Positions 60,719 through 64,000 of a stretch of DNA of 64,000 bases are shown here, piece after piece. The stretch is from Dendrobates tinctorius (taxonomy: Eukaryota). Below the pieces are notes generated by a model. The model was not told the DNA's origin, searched no databases, and was given only the letters and a program-made list of their open reading frames with translations. Made by a program: the position numbers and the translations under genes. Every line of letters starts with the position of its first letter. Within the stretch, counting starts at the first letter, position 1. The DNA is taken from NCBI RefSeq assembly GCF_039654945.1, contig NW_027361989.1, positions 2,790,001 to 2,854,000 on the forward strand, given 5' to 3'.

Positions 60719-63700
60719 TGTCATGCCTGCGCCACCAGTACGGCGCCTCCTGTCAGGTCGGGGCCGGCGTCACCTATCTCACCGGGTCCTGCTCTTCCTG
60801 CTGCTGCTGCTGCTCCCAGGGTTCCCCCTCGGATCCTCGCTTACCGCTCTGGCCGCCGCACGACACCCTCAGCCTCCCATCCTGCAGCCCGGGGGATTCA
60901 GCAAGAGGGTTCCTCTTCCTGTTCTGCTCCAGGTATGCACCTTAGGCCCGGGCGCGCTCCCTTCTCCTCACTTAACCCCTTCTGCACCACCCCATGTGGA
61001 GCGATCACCAATCAAGCTCCAGCAAAGGGTATGTCAGGCGGCTCCTCCCTCATGGAGGCGCCTGATTATCGTGTGCCTTCCGTACGGTATTCTGGCCCTG
61101 TCTGGTCACTCCTGTCTCCAGTCGCTCCTGACTCCTGTCGCTCCTGACTCCGGTTACTCCTGACTCCGGTTACTCCTGACTCCTGTCGCTCCTGACTCCT
61201 GTCGCTCCTTACTCCAGTCGCTCCAGCTCCTGTCACTCCTGACTCCTGTCACTCCTGACTCTGGTTACTCCTGATTCCTGTTGCTCCTGACCCCTGTTGC
61301 TCCTGGCTCCGGTCACTCCTGACTCCGGTCACTCCTGACTCCAGTCGCTCTGCCTTGTCTGTCTCACCCGCACCTGAGCCGCCCCTCTTGGTATCAGCTG
61401 TCACGGTATTCGGCTCCTTCGGGCCTGCTCCTGACAGTCCCTGTATAGGGGTCGGCACCACCTGGCCAGCTCACCCCTGGACTTTGTAACGCCCCAGCGG
61501 TCTTCCAAGAATTTGTTAATGACGTTTTCTGGGATCTTCTATACTACTCGTGCCTCGTGGTGTATTTAGATGACATCCTCATCTTTTCATCAGACCTGCC
61601 CTCTCACAGGAGGAGTGTTCGCCTGGTCTTGCAACGCTTGCAGGAGAATCAACTTTATGCCAAGTTGGAGAAATGCCTGTTCGAGCAGACCTCCCTACCC
61701 TTCTTGGGGTATATCATCACGGACTTGGGGTTGTGAATGAACCCAGAGAAATTGTCCGCGGTGCTCAAATGGCCACCACCTGCCGGAGTGAAGGCCATTC
61801 AATGCAAATTACTGCAGGCAATTCATCCCGCACTTCTCTGCTTTAACCAAGCCTATTGTTGCCCTTACCCGGAAGGTTGCAAGACCGAACATCTGGCCCT
61901 CGGAAGCTGAAGATGCATTTTTCGCCCTGAAGCGGGCCTTTGCTACGGCTCCGGTTTTGCATTGGCCAGAGGTCGGCAAGCCCTTCGTCTTCGAGGTAGA
62001 CGCATCTTCTACTGGGGCTGGGGCGATTCTTTCCCAAAAGGGCGCTTGGCTACGTGCAGGTTCTTCTCCAAGTCATTTTCACCCGCAGAGTGTAACTACA
62101 TGATTGGGGATCGGGAGTTGCTGGCCATAAAGATGGCGCTGGAGGAGTGGCGTTGTCTCCTGAAGGGGGCGGTCCATCCCTTCACCATATTCACTGACCA
62201 CAAAAACTTGGCCTACCTCCAGTCGGCTCAAAGACTTAACTCCAGACAAGCCAGGTGGTCATTGTTTTTCTCTCACTTCGACTTTGAGCTCCACTTCCTA
62301 CCCGGTGACAAAAATACCAAAGCAGATGCTCTCTCCCGGTCCCTGCAGTCACCTGAAGTGGAGGAGGCTCCGTTGCATGTTATCAATCCTGCCCGAGTTA
62401 TCACGGTAGCTCCTGTGAATCTTGATTCCGTGCCGCCTGGCAAGACCCTCATCCCGTAAGACAAAAGGGTAGAAGTACTACGCTGGGGCCACTCCTCCAA
62501 GATCGCTGGACATGTCGGCATCAAGAGGACCCTTGTGCTGGTTTCCCGTTATTACTGGTGGCCTTCTCTACGCCAAGATGTGTCAGACTTCGTGGCCTCC
62601 TGCTCAATTTGCGCCAGGAACAAGGTACCTAGAAGCTTGTCCTCCAGCCTTCTTCTGCCGTTGCCTGTTCCCGAAGCTCCTTGGCAACACATCACCATGG
62701 ATTTTGTTACCGACTTACCCCGCTCTTCTGGATGCACGACTGTTCTGGTGGTAGTCGATCGGTTTTCCAAGATGGCCCATTTTGTCCCGTTACCCGGCTT
62801 GCCCACAGCTTCTGAATTGGCTAAAATCTTCATTCATCAGATTTTCAGATAACACGGACTTCCTCAGCGAATCGTGTCTGACCGCGGGGTACAGTTTACC
62901 TCCCGCTTCTGGAGAGCACTCTGTAAACTCTTGGGCATATCTCTGGATTTCACTTCCGCTTATCATCCACAGACCAACGGGCAAGTCGAACGGGTCAACC
63001 AAGTCTGGACCTCCTACCTGCGGAACTTCTCTAACGCTCATCATGACAATTGGGTCGATCTTCTTCCATGGGCAGAGTTTGCCCATAACAATCACTCCAA
63101 TGAATCCACCACCAGGTATCCGTTTTTGTGGTCTCCGGTCAGAATCCAGGCGTGCATCTTCCATTATCTTCATCCTCCGGCATACCCGGTGCCGATGCCC
63201 TCTCCCAAGAGTTTTCCCAGGTCTGGAGGAAGACCAAAGAGGCTCTTATACAAGCCGTGGCCGGGATGAAAAAACATGCCGACAAGAGGCGGAGGGATCT
63301 CCCACCATACCATCCAGGAGACAAGGTCTGGCTGTCGACCAAGCACATCCGCTTGAAAATCCCTTCGTATAAATTGGGCCTCCGGTACATCAGTCCCTTT
63401 GAGGTTCTTGGACGCATCAACAACACGGCCTACAGATTGAGGCTGCCTGCTTCACTCCAGGTCCATAACGTCTTCCATATCTTGCTCCTGAAATCGGTCA
63501 TCCTCAATCAGTTCTGTCCTGCGCCTCCCGTTGTTCCTCAGCCAGTAGGGGACGATGACGTCTTCGAAGTGAGGGATATTTTGGCCATGAAAAAGGTTAG
63601 GGGAAAGACCTTTTTTCTCATCGATTGGAGAGGGTTCGGGCCTCTTGGGAATCGCGAGAGAATGTTGATGCTCCTCGCATCATGGACAGATTCTTGGCCA

Positions 63701-63755
63701 ATCTCAGAAGGAGGAGACGTAAAGGGGGGGTACTGTCATGACTGTGCCGCCATTG
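60719..63755 (+). mobile_element. Gypsy/Ty3 chromovirus-type LTR retrotransposon, internally deleted
   Basis: 5' LTR starts tgtcatg and contains a 16-bp ctcctgactccggtta minisatellite; joins RT abruptly near 61480 ([19 protein letters not shown]); RNase H ([19 protein letters not shown]); integrase (H..H..CSIC, MDF, SDRG, GQVER); chromodomain FEVRDIL..LIDWRGFGP; PPT aaaggggggg, then tgtcatg at 63734. Confidence 0.93.
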
Positions 63756-63858
63756 CCTATGACTGCTCTGTGCACACAGGACCTGTGATGAGGTTACAGG
63801 AGGGGAGGAGTCAGAGGTCACATGATCAGGGGCCTCAGAGTGTTCAGGACTCAGTGTG

Positions 63859-63960
63859 CTGGAGCGCTCCCGATAATCAGCTGAGTGTGTAGCGCTGTGT
63901 GATACTCACAGCACCTGCATGGAGAGCGACACATGCAGCTGATTATCGGGAGCGCTCCAG
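63859..63960. repeat. Hairpin with perfect 25-bp arms
   Basis: ctggagcgctcccgataatcagctg (63859-63883) / cagctgattatcgggagcgctccag (63936-63960). Confidence 0.9.
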
Positions 63961-64000
63961 GGATCCGGGGTCCCGATATTAGCCAATAACAACTTCTCTG

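Overview
Repeat-dense eukaryotic DNA, inferred to be anuran (frog) from the exon structure of its XlCOF/XlCGF-like zinc-finger genes and its TE families. The left half is a stack of nested transposons: L2 and CR1 LINEs, a decayed IR/DR Tc1, MITEs and a V-SINE-like SINE. Its centrepiece is an apparently intact 11.36-kb hAT DNA transposon (13013-24371) with perfect 13-bp TIRs, a perfect 8-bp TSD, a 1181-aa BED/DDE transposase ORF and a CCAAT/TATA/YY1-type promoter. About half of the element is two highly homogeneous tandem arrays: about 10 x 133 bp before the ORF and 35 x 130 bp after it. This region lies between two ~3.1-3.8 kb inverted arms built from a related non-autonomous hAT end. The right half holds two paralogous, multi-exon KRAB-like C2H2 zinc-finger genes on the minus strand, from a segmental duplication, each with independent disabling lesions. 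It also holds a Penelope GIY-YIG fragment with a hammerhead ribozyme core, palindromic hammerhead-like modules, a Helitron whose empty site is visible in the paralog, L1 remnants, two solo LTRs with 6-bp TSDs, a Tc1 fragment, a deleted chromodomain Gypsy element and several minisatellites. All coordinates and counts were read by eye; no searches were run.
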